Positions 1 to 10,135 of a DNA stretch of 64,000 nt are shown here, piece by piece. This DNA is from Spirochaetia bacterium (GTDB lineage Bacteria > Spirochaetota > Spirochaetia > DSM-2461): NCBI GenBank assembly GCA_963666985.2, contig CAXXIA010000002.1:2496001-2560000 (forward strand). The letters are read 5' to 3'. Below the pieces are notes generated by a model that saw nothing but the letters and a program-made list of their open reading frames with translations, was not told the DNA's origin and did not search any database. Position numbers and translations under genes: made by a program. How positions within the stretch are numbered: position 1 is the stretch's first letter; every line of letters begins with the position of its first letter.

Positions 1-797
1 CGCCCTTTATCTTCGGGTAGCGTGCCGCCGATGGGCAGATAGTTGGAGGCGTGGTTGCTTCGAAAAATGCAATGATTGAGTTCAAGAGCACCGACGAACA
101 AGCGGAATTCTTCAAGAGTATTCTGAGGTGAAAGCGGCTCGAAGGAACCTTCCGATAAATCACGGTGGAGGGGTGTTCCGGGCACCACCATCAGGGTGAG
201 GAGGCTTAAATAATCCGGCTGAACGGCATTCATTAAAGACGCCGAATCGGCGGCATGTTCCTTCCAAAGTTCTTTTCCGCCCAAACCTGAAATAAGTGTT
301 ATTGAAAGCCCGATTCCCGCATCGCCGATCATCCGGCAGCTTCGGATAATCTCGTCTCTTGACGCGCCCTTCCGGACATTCGTCAGAATAGTCTCACTTC
401 CCGATTCGGCGCCGAGATAGATTAAATCCAATCCCGCGTTCTTTAAAAGCTGAAGCTCTTCCGGTTTTTTTCGGAGAAGATCCTGCGGCGATGCGTAGAG
501 CGACAGTCTTTGAAGATGAGGAAAACGGTCTCTGATTTGTTCAATAAGGATCAGCAGCCGGGCGGCCGGAAGGCAAAGAACATTGCCGTCCGCCAGAAAT
601 ATCCGGCTCGCGTTCGGTAAGAAGGCGGCGGCCGACTCGATGTGCCGATTGACTTCCTCTTCGGTACGGATTCTGAACGTTTTCTCTTTATACATTCCGC
701 AGAAAGTACAGCGATTGTACGAACAGCCTACGGTAATCTGAAGGATAAGGCTCTTCGCTTCACTGGGCGGTCTGTAGAGCGGATCTTCGTAGATCAT
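1..797 (-). CDS. Radical SAM protein (runs off the window start)
   Basis: Manual translation from ATG at 797: MIYEDPLYRPPSEAKSLILQITVGCSYNRCTFCGMY, with a Cx4Cx2C cluster motif. Not in the ORF track because it is truncated by the window edge. Confidence 0.85.
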   Translation of the reverse strand, partial: MIYEDPLYRPPSEAKSLILQITVGCSYNRCTFCGMYKEKTFRIRTEEEVNRHIESAAAFLPNASRIFLADGNVLCLPAARLLILIEQIRDRFPHLQRLSLYASPQDLLRKKPEELQLLKNAGLDLIYLGAESGSETILTNVRKGASRDEIIRSCRMIGDAGIGLSITLISGLGGKELWKEHAADSASLMNAVQPDYLSLLTLMVVPGTPLHRDLSEGSFEPLSPQNTLEEFRLFVGALELNHCIFRSNHASNYLPIGGTLPEDKG

Positions 798-802
798 GAA
801 TG

Positions 803-1189
803 TTAAGCCAGACGCTCGGCCCCGCAGTAGACTTCGTCCACTTTAAGATAGAAGGCGGCTTTTGGGGTCATTTGGGGGTGGTTGATATGAACCCAATCCA
901 CCACTTTGTTGTAGCGGTCTCCATCGGTGACGCATTCGGAGCGGCATTTAATTTGGTACGCTTTCTTGGTATCGGGATCGAGAACCACCACACTTAACCG
1001 GGGATTTTCGTCGAGATTTTTTCTGGTTTTCTCAAATTTATTATCGGCAACTACAAGTGTCTCGTTATCAACCGCTTTGATATAGGTAACGTAGACAATG
1101 TTGGGGATTCCATCGGAACTGGCGCTGGCGATACAGGTGGGCATTGTTTTTTCAACGGCCTTCAAAACTTCGTCGGTTAATTTCGGCAT
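803..1189 (-). CDS. Pyridoxamine 5'-phosphate oxidase family (FMN-binding split barrel) protein
   Basis: IASASSDGIPN...DNKFEKTRKNLDENP pattern; 128 aa. Confidence 0.8.
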   Translation of the reverse strand: MPKLTDEVLKAVEKTMPTCIASASSDGIPNIVYVTYIKAVDNETLVVADNKFEKTRKNLDENPRLSVVVLDPDTKKAYQIKCRSECVTDGDRYNKVVDWVHINHPQMTPKAAFYLKVDEVYCGAERLA

Positions 1190-1355
1190 ATTGGGATCTT
1201 CCTTGGAATAATGATGAAATACATCTTTTAAGAAAAATCACTTTCTTTCAATGGGAGGGATAAGGGAGCGGCGGACTTCCTTATCCTCAGAAGCGGATAG
1301 ACGTTTTTCGCGCGAACGATTGGATTCCGATAGAACTATTCGAGCGGACTCCGCA

Positions 1356-1901
1356 TTACCTGAGCAGATAAACGTCTTCCGCGCGGAAAATGGTGACGTG
1401 CTTTCCTTGACGGCCTCGGAGCACATCTTTCAGTTCCAGCATCCGTTTCCGGTTTTCCAGCGAACCCTGGATAACCGTTCTTTTTGTTCCGTCCAGGTAT
1501 TCCCGAATCTCCATTGTAAAATCGAAATGCCGTTCCTTGAGGGTTTCGATGAGCTCGCTCCGATCGATATCGTCTTCAAGGGAAATGCGTGCGAAGAACT
1601 TGCGCTGTCCTTCCAGCCGGTCGTCAAGCTTTCGTTTAACCGCGGAACTGATGAGGCCTCCGAGTATGGAACCGAAACCGTAAATAAGAACGTAAATCGA
1701 GCTTCGGTCCATAAGATCGAGGATGATTTTTATAACGGTAATACCGTACATCGCTTCGAGGAAATTGATGGCCATCGAGTAGTATTTATTGTCCCGGTTG
1801 AACGCGTCGATTTTAGCCAGGAACAAACTGTCCTGTCCGATGCGCAGTACAAGGATGGCCAAGCCGATGAGCAGGATGGATATCATGTGCGGTGCCTCCA
1901 T
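1356..1901 (-). CDS. DUF5698/UPF0316-like membrane protein
   Basis: Three N-terminal hydrophobic helices (FLEAMYG, YGFG motifs) plus a soluble C-terminal domain. Confidence 0.55.
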   Translation of the reverse strand: MEAPHMISILLIGLAILVLRIGQDSLFLAKIDAFNRDNKYYSMAINFLEAMYGITVIKIILDLMDRSSIYVLIYGFGSILGGLISSAVKRKLDDRLEGQRKFFARISLEDDIDRSELIETLKERHFDFTMEIREYLDGTKRTVIQGSLENRKRMLELKDVLRGRQGKHVTIFRAEDVYLLR

Positions 1902-2122
1902 TTTGTATTTTCCTCATATCTTCGCGAGTGACCAGCGGGGGGCGGGTGTTCTTCGGATTAATTCATCCTCAGGATGCGATTGAATCGATCAAGGTTTGGA
2001 GTTCTTCCGTTCACGAAGTGATGAGGCGGGAATAAAACGATAAGAATCCAAGTCTAACAGAGTCCTAACATTAGGGAGATACATTATTAGGAAACGATTG
2101 AATCGATCATAAGGAAAAGATT

Positions 2123-3747
2123 ATGAATCGCTTTCTGAACCGAATAATTTCCGCCGTATTCTCAACCGCCGTACTTTCGGCAGCCGTTCTTTCGGCGGTA
2201 CTTTTCTCTCTTGCCGTACTGAGTTCCTGCGGAGAGGATTCATCCAAAAACTTGAGGTTGTCTCCGGTTCGGAAAATGAAACCTTGGAACCCCTTATTCA
2301 GGAATTCGCACGAAAGAACGGATGCAGAATCAATGTTCACTACAAAGGTTCGGTGGACATGATGCTGGAAATGGGAAGTGAGGACTTTCCCTATGATGCG
2401 GTATGGCCGGCGAACAGCCTTTGGATTTCCCTGGGCGACAATCTTCGGCGGGTAAAATACACGAAATCAATCATGACCTCACCGGTTGTTTTCGGAATAC
2501 GGGAATCCAAAGCCCAAGAATTGGGTTTTGTCGGCACCGATGTTTACGTGCGGGACATTCTCGATGCCATTCGTTCCGGCAAGCTGTCCTTTATGATGAC
2601 TTCGGCAACGCAGTCCAACTCCGGCGCCAGCGCCTATCTCGGATTCCTCTACGCGCTTTCCGGATCGGAAGATGTGATTACTCCGGATACTCTGGCCGAT
2701 CCCGATGTGCGGCGGGATATTCGGGATCTTCTGGCCGGAATCAACCGTTCCAGCGGCAGCTCGGGCTGGCTCAAGGAACTCTTTCTGGAATCCGACTACG
2801 ACGCGATGGTGAACTACGAAGCCGTGATGATCGAGACCAATCAGGAACTGACATCCCGGGGGCTGGAGCCGCTTTACATTATTTATCCCGTGGACGGCAT
2901 CGTTATCGCCGACAGCCCCCTGGGTTACGTGAATAAAGGACAGGAAGAAAAGGAGACCCTTTTTCTTGAACTTCAGGAATATCTTCTCTCCAAAGAAGTT
3001 CAGGACCAAATCAGCGGTTTCGGACGGCGGACCGGATTGGGCGGTATCACCGGCAAGCTTGATCCGACGATTTTTCGTTCGGAGTGGGGAATTGACGTAC
3101 AGCGGCCCCTGGCTCCCATCCGCATGCCGGGTGCCGAAGTTATCCGCGAGGCATTAAGGCTGTATCAGACCGAGTTCCGGAAACCGAGTTATACCGTTTT
3201 TGCATTGGATTACTCGGGTTCCATGGCCGGTTCGAATGAAAAGCAAATGAAGGCGGCCATGAGGACTCTTCTGGATTCTCAAATCGCCGCTCAGTATATG
3301 ATTGAAGCGGGAGAGAACGATGTTATTAAGGTTCTTCCTTTTTCGTCGGATGTCCTGCTTTCTTCTCCGTGGGCAATCTATGGGAACAATCAAGCGGATT
3401 TGATGTCCCTCGATTCCGCCATAGAGAACCTTTCTCCCGGAGGCGGAACCGATATCTATCTTCCCATTATCCATGCATTGAGTGTTTTACAGAGCGAGCC
3501 GGATCTGGATCAATACATTCCCGCGATTATTCTGCTGACCGACGGAGAGCATACGGAGGAGACCACATTCCATCAGTTCCAATCCGTCTATGATAAAATC
3601 GGACTCGATATTCCGGTTTTTTCCATTGTTTTCGGAGGAGCCTCGGAATCTGAATTGGAAGAGATCAGCGCGTATACCCGGGGACGGGTATTTGACGGAC
3701 GGAAAGATCTTATCGCGGCGTTCCGGAAAGTGAAGGGCTACAATTAG
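2123..3747 (+). pseudogene. Lipoprotein with substrate-binding-like domain and C-terminal vWA domain; frameshifted at A5 run 2246-2250
   Basis: Signal peptide and lipobox (LSSC) in one frame; LEVVSGSENETLEPLIQEF..., MIDAS DYSGSM and LLTDG in the other. One extra A joins them. May be a sequencing error. Confidence 0.7.
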
Positions 3748-4370
3748 TGGCCGATCGTTCCAACAATTCCTGGATTGGGGCCGGTATTCTCGGCGGACTT
3801 ATATTCGCCGGCCTTCTCTTCCTTTTCGGCCTTTCGTTTTGGACTTTTCTCGGCGGAATAGCCGGTTTTGTCGCAGGATTTTTAATTTTTCAGCCGAAAG
3901 CACCGGATAAGCATGATTTCGCCATGCTGGGAATCAGCAAGGAAGATTTGAATGCCGCTCTCGCCGAAGGGGCTTCGAAACTGGGCATAATCCGCAGTGA
4001 AGGAAAAACCATCGAAAATCCCTCCGTCCGGAAGAAAGTTGACGATGTTACGGAAGTTATCGAGCGCATCCTTCACGATATTGAAAACGACCCCAAAGAC
4101 CTGCGGCGTGCCCGTCAGTTTTTTTCTTACTATCTTGATGCGACGATTAATATCGTCAAACGCTATGCCGACTTAAGCCGCCGGGGAAGTCAAAGCGCGG
4201 CCTTGAATCAGTCTCTGGAAAGAACCGAATCTACCCTCGATACGCTGAAAAAAGCCTATGACAAACAGCTGACACTCCTTTTGGAAGACGACGTGATGGA
4301 TTTGGATGCGGAACTCGAACTTTTGGAAAGAACGATAAAGATGGAAGGACTCGCGGACGATGAAAGGTAA
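3747..4370 (+). CDS. XpaC-like (5-bromo-4-chloroindolyl phosphate hydrolysis family) membrane protein
   Basis: Two N-terminal TM helices, ARQFFSYYLD motif, terminal DLDAELELL; adjacent to a TelA gene. Confidence 0.8.
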   Translation: MADRSNNSWIGAGILGGLIFAGLLFLFGLSFWTFLGGIAGFVAGFLIFQPKAPDKHDFAMLGISKEDLNAALAEGASKLGIIRSEGKTIENPSVRKKVDDVTEVIERILHDIENDPKDLRRARQFFSYYLDATINIVKRYADLSRRGSQSAALNQSLERTESTLDTLKKAYDKQLTLLLEDDVMDLDAELELLERTIKMEGLADDER

Positions 4371-5442
4371 AACCATCGGGATATTGATTCTCCTTGTTAT
4401 AGTCGGGGCCGCGCTGCTCTATCAATTCGTCTTGAGAGACGGTGCCGAAAAGAGCAAAGGCGGATTGCTTAACAGGGAAACCGTTACGATTACCGGTTAT
4501 ATCGGCAGTGAAAAAAGCGGATTCCTTGATGATGAAGAGGTGAAGAACCTGCTGAAATCACGGTATGGAATCGTGGTTGATTATCATAAAGCCGGATCCA
4601 TCGAAATGATCGATCTTCCCAAAGAGGGAATGGATTTTCTTTGGCCTTCCAGCCAGGTGGCGCTGGAGCTCTACAAGCTTCGAGGCGGTCAGTCTCTGAA
4701 AAGCGAGACCATTTTCTCCTCTCCCATCGTGCTTTACAGCTGGCAGGAAGTGGTGGACGCCTTTGAATCGGAAGGATTGGTGACGATTCGGGGGCAAGGT
4801 CAGGCGGAAATTGATGCCGGAATCCTCATTGAGAAAGTTCTGGCGGGCGAAACATGGAAATCGGTAGGTCTCTCCAGTCTTTACGGAGACATCATCATTA
4901 CATCCACCGACCCGACTCGGTCGAATTCCGGAAATATGTGGGCCGGTTTGGTGGCGAATCTTCTCTACGGTGAAGTGGTGGACGAGGTTTCTTTGCCGAG
5001 TGTCCTGGATGATGTGAAGCGGGTTTTTACAATCCAGGGTTTCATGGAGCATTCCACCGGTACGTTGTTTGAACAGTACATCACCAAAGGTATCGGTCCT
5101 TATCCGATAATCGTCGGATATGAAAATCAAATGGTGGAATTCGCTCTTCAGAATCCGGAGATCTGGAATGCCGTGAAGGATTACATGCGGGTGATTTATC
5201 CCATGCCGACTGTGTATTCCGAGCACCCGCTGATTGCCTTGGATGAAAACGGCAAACGTCTTCTCGGGGCCCTTCAGGATTCGGATATTAAAGACTTGGC
5301 CTGGCGCCGTCACGGTTTTCGAACCGGTATTGAGAACGATCCCGCGGAACTCGGCATTGAGAATATTCCCCGCCGGGTAACGCAAATCATCCGAATGCCG
5401 GTTCCGGCGGTGATGGATGAAATTATAAGCGAACTTCAGTAA
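4360..5442 (+). CDS. Membrane-anchored substrate-binding-like protein
   Basis: N-terminal TM; GSEK, WPSS, SPIV, SNSG motifs paralogous to the N-terminal domain of the vWA protein. Confidence 0.65.
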   Translation: MKGKTIGILILLVIVGAALLYQFVLRDGAEKSKGGLLNRETVTITGYIGSEKSGFLDDEEVKNLLKSRYGIVVDYHKAGSIEMIDLPKEGMDFLWPSSQVALELYKLRGGQSLKSETIFSSPIVLYSWQEVVDAFESEGLVTIRGQGQAEIDAGILIEKVLAGETWKSVGLSSLYGDIIITSTDPTRSNSGNMWAGLVANLLYGEVVDEVSLPSVLDDVKRVFTIQGFMEHSTGTLFEQYITKGIGPYPIIVGYENQMVEFALQNPEIWNAVKDYMRVIYPMPTVYSEHPLIALDENGKRLLGALQDSDIKDLAWRRHGFRTGIENDPAELGIENIPRRVTQIIRMPVPAVMDEIISELQ

Positions 5443-5463
5443 ATCAGATAAAAAGGAGAATCT

Positions 5464-6540
5464 ATGAGCGATTTGGTACCGGCCCGGCAGAAAACCGTCG
5501 ACATCATGAAGATGTCTGTTGAGAATCAGGAAAAAGCCCGGCGGATGGCCGAAGGAATCGACATCAGCGATTCGAATGCCATCATTCAATACGGGGTGGG
5601 AGCTCAGAGTAAAATCTCCGGCTTCGCCGACAGTATCCTGACGGAAATCCGATCCAAGGATTCCGGTTATGTGGGAGATACTCTCTCCGAACTGGTTGTA
5701 ACCGTGAAGAACGTGGATGTCGACGGCCTTACCGGCAGCGGCAGTGGGCTGTCGAAGATGCTTGGAGGATTGAAGCGCAAGGTTCAGAAATTCATGACGC
5801 GCTATCAAAAACTCTCCACCCAGATTGACACCATTGTAAATCAGCTCGACAAAGCGCGGATGACGCTGCTTAAAGACATTACGATGCTCGACACTCTGTA
5901 CCAAAAGAACGTGGAATACCTCGGTGAATTGGACCTTATCATCGCGGCCGGCCAGGTAAAAGTAGAGCAGATAAAAACCGAGGTGATTCCCCGAATGGAA
6001 GAGGCGGCTCAATCCTCCGGCGATCCCATGGATGCCCAAAAGCTTCAGGATATGAATCAGCTTTTGAATCGGTTTGAGAAAAAACTGCACGATTTGCTTT
6101 TAAGCCGGATGATCAGCATTCAAACCGCCCCTCAGATTCGGCTGATCCAGGGAAACGATCAGACTTTGGTGGAAAAGATTCAGAGTTCGATTCTCAATAC
6201 CATTCCTCTCTGGAAAAATCAGATTGTCATCGCCATCGGTCTTTATCGGCAGAAAGAAGCTTTGGAACTTCAGAAGAAAGTTACCGAAACCACCAACGAT
6301 CTTTTAGCCAAAAACTCGGAGATGCTGAAACAGGGGTCCATCGAGGTTGCCAGGGAAAGCGAGCGGGGTATTGTGGAAATCGAGACATTGAAGAAGGTTA
6401 ACAACGATCTGATTTCCACCATCGAAGAGACCCTGCGCATCCAGCGGGAAGGTAAACAAAAGCGCGCCGCGGCGGAAGCCGAACTGGTTCAGATGGAAGG
6501 GGATTTGAAGAAGCGTTTATCGACGGTCGGTACGTCTTAA
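5464..6540 (+). CDS. TelA toxic anion resistance family protein
   Basis: IIQYGVGAQ, QTAPQIRLIQ, TIPLWKNQ motifs; coiled coil. Confidence 0.9.
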   Translation: MSDLVPARQKTVDIMKMSVENQEKARRMAEGIDISDSNAIIQYGVGAQSKISGFADSILTEIRSKDSGYVGDTLSELVVTVKNVDVDGLTGSGSGLSKMLGGLKRKVQKFMTRYQKLSTQIDTIVNQLDKARMTLLKDITMLDTLYQKNVEYLGELDLIIAAGQVKVEQIKTEVIPRMEEAAQSSGDPMDAQKLQDMNQLLNRFEKKLHDLLLSRMISIQTAPQIRLIQGNDQTLVEKIQSSILNTIPLWKNQIVIAIGLYRQKEALELQKKVTETTNDLLAKNSEMLKQGSIEVARESERGIVEIETLKKVNNDLISTIEETLRIQREGKQKRAAAEAELVQMEGDLKKRLSTVGTS

Positions 6541-6688
6541 TCGAAGTCCAAGATAAGTTGAGTGCATGCCTGCGGTATTGAGATCCCGGACATGCACTCC
6601 TTATAGGGGAAATTAGAGCAATTTTACCACCCGATGGGCCGGCTTCGCAGATTGGAATCAATGAAGCATAGCCGGAGCGGGAGGCAAA

Positions 6689-7624
6689 TCAGTCCCAAGC
6701 TTTCAGGAACCGAAGCAGAACTTCCGCCGCGTTGTTCGCGGCCAATCCGAAGAACGTGCCGATCTCGTTTTCTCCCTCGCCGCCTCCGGCCAGGTCGGAT
6801 AAAGAACGGAAAGCCAGATAGGGAACATCGGCGATATAAGCGACGTGGGCTACCGCCGCTGATTCCATATCGAGACAGTCGGCCTGGAAGTTCTCATAAG
6901 CCCAATCCCGGTAAGCCGCATTATCGACAAAGGCCATTCCCGAGACACCGTTTCCTCCCACGACGAGTTTGGGAACATGTGTCAGTTCCGCTTTATCCGT
7001 CTTGGATTCGAGCTGGACATCACTGATTTCCCGGGCAACCGCCAGAAGATTCTCGTCGACATTGAACCAAAATTTGTTTTCCACCGCATCCGCTTTTTCC
7101 AGCCTTCCGTGAGTAACGCCCACTTCCTGGGGATACATCATACCGAAACCGGGATAAATCTCATGATGGTATCCCAAATCATATCCGTCTTCGGTTTCAC
7201 GTGCGAAAAGCGATTCCTGGTACTGAGCCCATTTGGCGGGAATGGTAACATCGCCGATATTCAGATCCGGATTGACTCCGCCCGCGATTCCGCTGAACAG
7301 GATGGCTTCGATGTTGAAGTTGTCCAGGGCGAGCTGAGTGGTCATGGCCGCGTTGACCATACTGATGCCGGAAAGAAACAGAACAGCCTTGTGACCTTCA
7401 ATTTCGCACAGAGTAAAACTTCTGCCGTTGATGACGATTTCTTCTTCGATATCCGCAACGGCTTTGAGCTTTACAATCTCGGGACCGAAGGCCGAGATAA
7501 TGGCGATTCTTCCTTCCTGAGAGGGAGAAATCGGCTCCTGGACTCCCTCGGCAAAGAGTGCCGCGCTTAACGTACACAGCACGATGAGAAGAGAGGCGAT
7601 TTTCAGCAGTTTCTTCATTTTCAA
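6689..7624 (-). CDS. Secreted 5'-methylthioadenosine/S-adenosylhomocysteine nucleosidase family protein
   Basis: SGISMVNAA, FSGIAGG, DMESAAVAH, RSLSDLAG motifs; N-terminal signal peptide. Confidence 0.85.
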   Translation of the reverse strand: MKMKKLLKIASLLIVLCTLSAALFAEGVQEPISPSQEGRIAIISAFGPEIVKLKAVADIEEEIVINGRSFTLCEIEGHKAVLFLSGISMVNAAMTTQLALDNFNIEAILFSGIAGGVNPDLNIGDVTIPAKWAQYQESLFARETEDGYDLGYHHEIYPGFGMMYPQEVGVTHGRLEKADAVENKFWFNVDENLLAVAREISDVQLESKTDKAELTHVPKLVVGGNGVSGMAFVDNAAYRDWAYENFQADCLDMESAAVAHVAYIADVPYLAFRSLSDLAGGGEGENEIGTFFGLAANNAAEVLLRFLKAWD

Positions 7625-7820
7625 AATCTCCTAAAGATCCTTTTTACGGATGGTAGATTTCAATAGATAAGAGAGTCCATATCTCGGCATGAATAACCGA
7701 GGCGAATACCTCAGGAAAACAATAAAAGTCAAAAATCATACCGAAGCGTAGGTTTTAAACGGCGGCGTAATCATCTGGAAATTACGATAAAAATCTTTGA
7801 ATCCTTCTATATAATAAGTT

Positions 7821-9308
7821 ATGCCCCGGAAGTCGGATTCTTCTTCTTTTCAATTGAGTCTTTTCATAATCACTCCTTTCATTTTCCTCCTTGTTTCATG
7901 CCGTTCTTCCGAAGTTCCGGTTCTCCGGGCCGAAGACGGTTGTCTGGACCTGCGGAAGGTTGATATCGCCGAGAAACCTTTGCCGCTCGACGGAGAGTGG
8001 AAATTCGTCTGGAAAGAATACCTTAGCCCTGATTCCGAGGAATGGAATAATCCGGAGATTACAACGGCGGTGATTCCGGGAACCTGGAACGACGTGAGCA
8101 TCAACGGGACCACTCTTCCCGATACCGGCTACTGTTCCATGCGGCTTCGCATTCTCCTGCCGCCGGGAATCGGGGGGATGGGGATTAAAATCAACAACAT
8201 CAGTACGGCCTATAGGCTGTATATCGATGATGAACTCTTCATTGAAAACGGAACGGCCGGGACCTGCCGCGAGGCATCCGAAGGGCGCTATCAGCCGAGA
8301 ACTGTCTACTTCGAGCCTGAAAAGAATGAAATCACCGTCACCATGCATATTTCCAACTTCCATGATCGTCTTGGAGGCGCTTGGACGCGGATGTACATCG
8401 GGTCCGCCGAAGGAATCTCCGTTAAACATTACTGGGACGGCAGTTTTGATATGCTGCTCTTCGGCATGTTCTTCATTATCAGCACTTATTACTTAATCAG
8501 TTGGTATTTCGGCGCGAGGAAAAAAGCCTTTTTATGTTTCGGTCTGGCTTCGCTGATGATTGCCGTTCGAACCCTGAGTGCGGGCGAGATTTATTTAATG
8601 ACGATATTCCCGCGGATGGGGTTTGAACTCAACCATAAAATTCAGTTGGGCAGTCAGCCGGCATTAGTCGCCTTCTTTCTTCTTTCGCTGAAGAATGTTT
8701 TCCCCCGGGAAATCTCATCCTCGGCGGTTAAAATTATTCTTCCCATTTTGGCTCTCTATGAATTAATCGTTGCGGCTTTTCCGCTTATGATCCATTCGTA
8801 TCTTCTTTTCCCCTTCCATGTTGTTGTCATGATTCTCGGGGTTTATTTGGCAGCCGCGATTTTTATCGCCGCCCGCAGCAATAGGCCGGGAGCGAAGATG
8901 CTTTTTCTCGGTTTCCTTGTTCTGTTCATCACGACTCTGAATGATATCCTCTACAGTATTTCGATTATCTATACCGGATATCTTGTAGTATTCGGAATCA
9001 TCTTCTTTTCCATTTCTTATATCATTACCTTAACAATGCATAAGGCGGATTCGGGCGCTGTTCCTCACGATGTTACCGATGAACGAATCCTGCCTTTGTT
9101 GATGGAAAAAGGTATTTCGAACCGGGAAGGGGAAGTCCTGATTCAATTGCTTCAGGGACTATCCTACGGTGATATTGCCGAGAAACTTTTTATTTCAAAA
9201 TCCACGGTTACCAAACACGTCCACAGCATCTACAAAAAATTGGGAACAAAAAACAGAGTCGGTCTTTACGACTCAATTGGAAGCATGCTCCGGAATCTCG
9301 AAAAATAA
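7821..9308 (+). CDS. 7TM-DISM sensor fused to a C-terminal LuxR-type HTH (one-component regulator)
   Basis: LDGEWKF extracellular domain, about seven TM helices, ISNREGEVL...IAEKLFISKSTVTKHVHSIYKKL HTH. Confidence 0.85.
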   Translation: MPRKSDSSSFQLSLFIITPFIFLLVSCRSSEVPVLRAEDGCLDLRKVDIAEKPLPLDGEWKFVWKEYLSPDSEEWNNPEITTAVIPGTWNDVSINGTTLPDTGYCSMRLRILLPPGIGGMGIKINNISTAYRLYIDDELFIENGTAGTCREASEGRYQPRTVYFEPEKNEITVTMHISNFHDRLGGAWTRMYIGSAEGISVKHYWDGSFDMLLFGMFFIISTYYLISWYFGARKKAFLCFGLASLMIAVRTLSAGEIYLMTIFPRMGFELNHKIQLGSQPALVAFFLLSLKNVFPREISSSAVKIILPILALYELIVAAFPLMIHSYLLFPFHVVVMILGVYLAAAIFIAARSNRPGAKMLFLGFLVLFITTLNDILYSISIIYTGYLVVFGIIFFSISYIITLTMHKADSGAVPHDVTDERILPLLMEKGISNREGEVLIQLLQGLSYGDIAEKLFISKSTVTKHVHSIYKKLGTKNRVGLYDSIGSMLRNLEK

Positions 9309-9330
9309 AAATGGTACGAAAATTCCATTG
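9309..9330 (+). promoter_or_regulatory. 22-bp motif AAATGGTACGAAAATTCCATTG, copy 1 (putative LuxR box)
   Basis: Exact reverse-complement copy at 12885-12906; imperfect palindrome AATGG-N10-CCATT. Confidence 0.65.
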
Positions 9331-9385
9331 CCGACCGGTGTGATTCGGGACTGAATGAGACATCCAAAGTTCTTAAGGAGCATGT

Positions 9386-10135
9386 ATGGGGTCTTTGAAA
9401 CTTTCCGGGAATATTCTATCGGTTAGGGGCGGCGGCGGCCGATCTCGACAATTTACCGTTGACGGGCTTCGTCTGGCTTTTATGGTTACAACCGCAAAGG
9501 TGAGATTTTTCGCCATCACCGGAGGTGACGATTTACTGGTGCTTGATTTGGATGATGAGAATCAGAGTGAAGGGATTGATCTTCTTCATAAGATGTTCTT
9601 GGACTCCAAACCGGGTCCGCTTTCGGGATTTGATATTTGTCTGGCCGATTATGAAGGCAATATGGCCGTTCTTACGCTGAAGAGCTTTAAAAAAGAAGGA
9701 ATCGATATTATCGATCTCTTGGGCAAAACACGGGAACGGCGTGTGGAAAAACGGAAGAGTTGGCTTGCCTGCGATCCCACGGTAACGCTTAAAGGAAGAT
9801 TCGGTACGGCGAAATTGAATCGGCAGGGATATTTCTTATCCTCGAATAAATCACTGAGATGGGATGAGGTCGGTCAAATCCAGATTAATAAACAGGAATC
9901 GCTGATTACCACCACCCATTTGCTTGTTATTCCCCAAGGTGTCGGCGGCGGAGTTTTCAGTATGAAGAAATATAAATACGCCCTTAAAGGCATTCCTAAT
10001 AAGCTGGCGAATTTATATCTCTCCGAGTGTTCTTTCTGGCGGAATCAAACATTTGAGAAGAATGAGAAAAAAATTGAAGAGGAGGCCATGCGGGAGCTTG
10101 TTCGCGACGGTATCGTCTCAGGAAGTTCCAAATGA
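9386..10135 (+). CDS. Hypothetical protein
   Basis: 249-aa ORF with AAGGAG RBS; stop overlaps the next start. Confidence 0.65.
   Translation: MGSLKLSGNILSVRGGGGRSRQFTVDGLRLAFMVTTAKVRFFAITGGDDLLVLDLDDENQSEGIDLLHKMFLDSKPGPLSGFDICLADYEGNMAVLTLKSFKKEGIDIIDLLGKTRERRVEKRKSWLACDPTVTLKGRFGTAKLNRQGYFLSSNKSLRWDEVGQIQINKQESLITTTHLLVIPQGVGGGVFSMKKYKYALKGIPNKLANLYLSECSFWRNQTFEKNEKKIEEEAMRELVRDGIVSGSSK

Noticed and set aside
4558..6090. 510-aa minus-strand ORF, and similar long shadow ORFs at 1251-1931, 29770-30921, 38544-39587, 40035-41171, 56852-57844
   Set aside because: Antisense to well-supported genes, with no recognisable motifs; expected from codon bias.
6560..6599. GAGTGCATG...CATGCACTC hairpin as an ncRNA
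   Set aside because: Lies between convergent genes; most simply a terminator-like stem.
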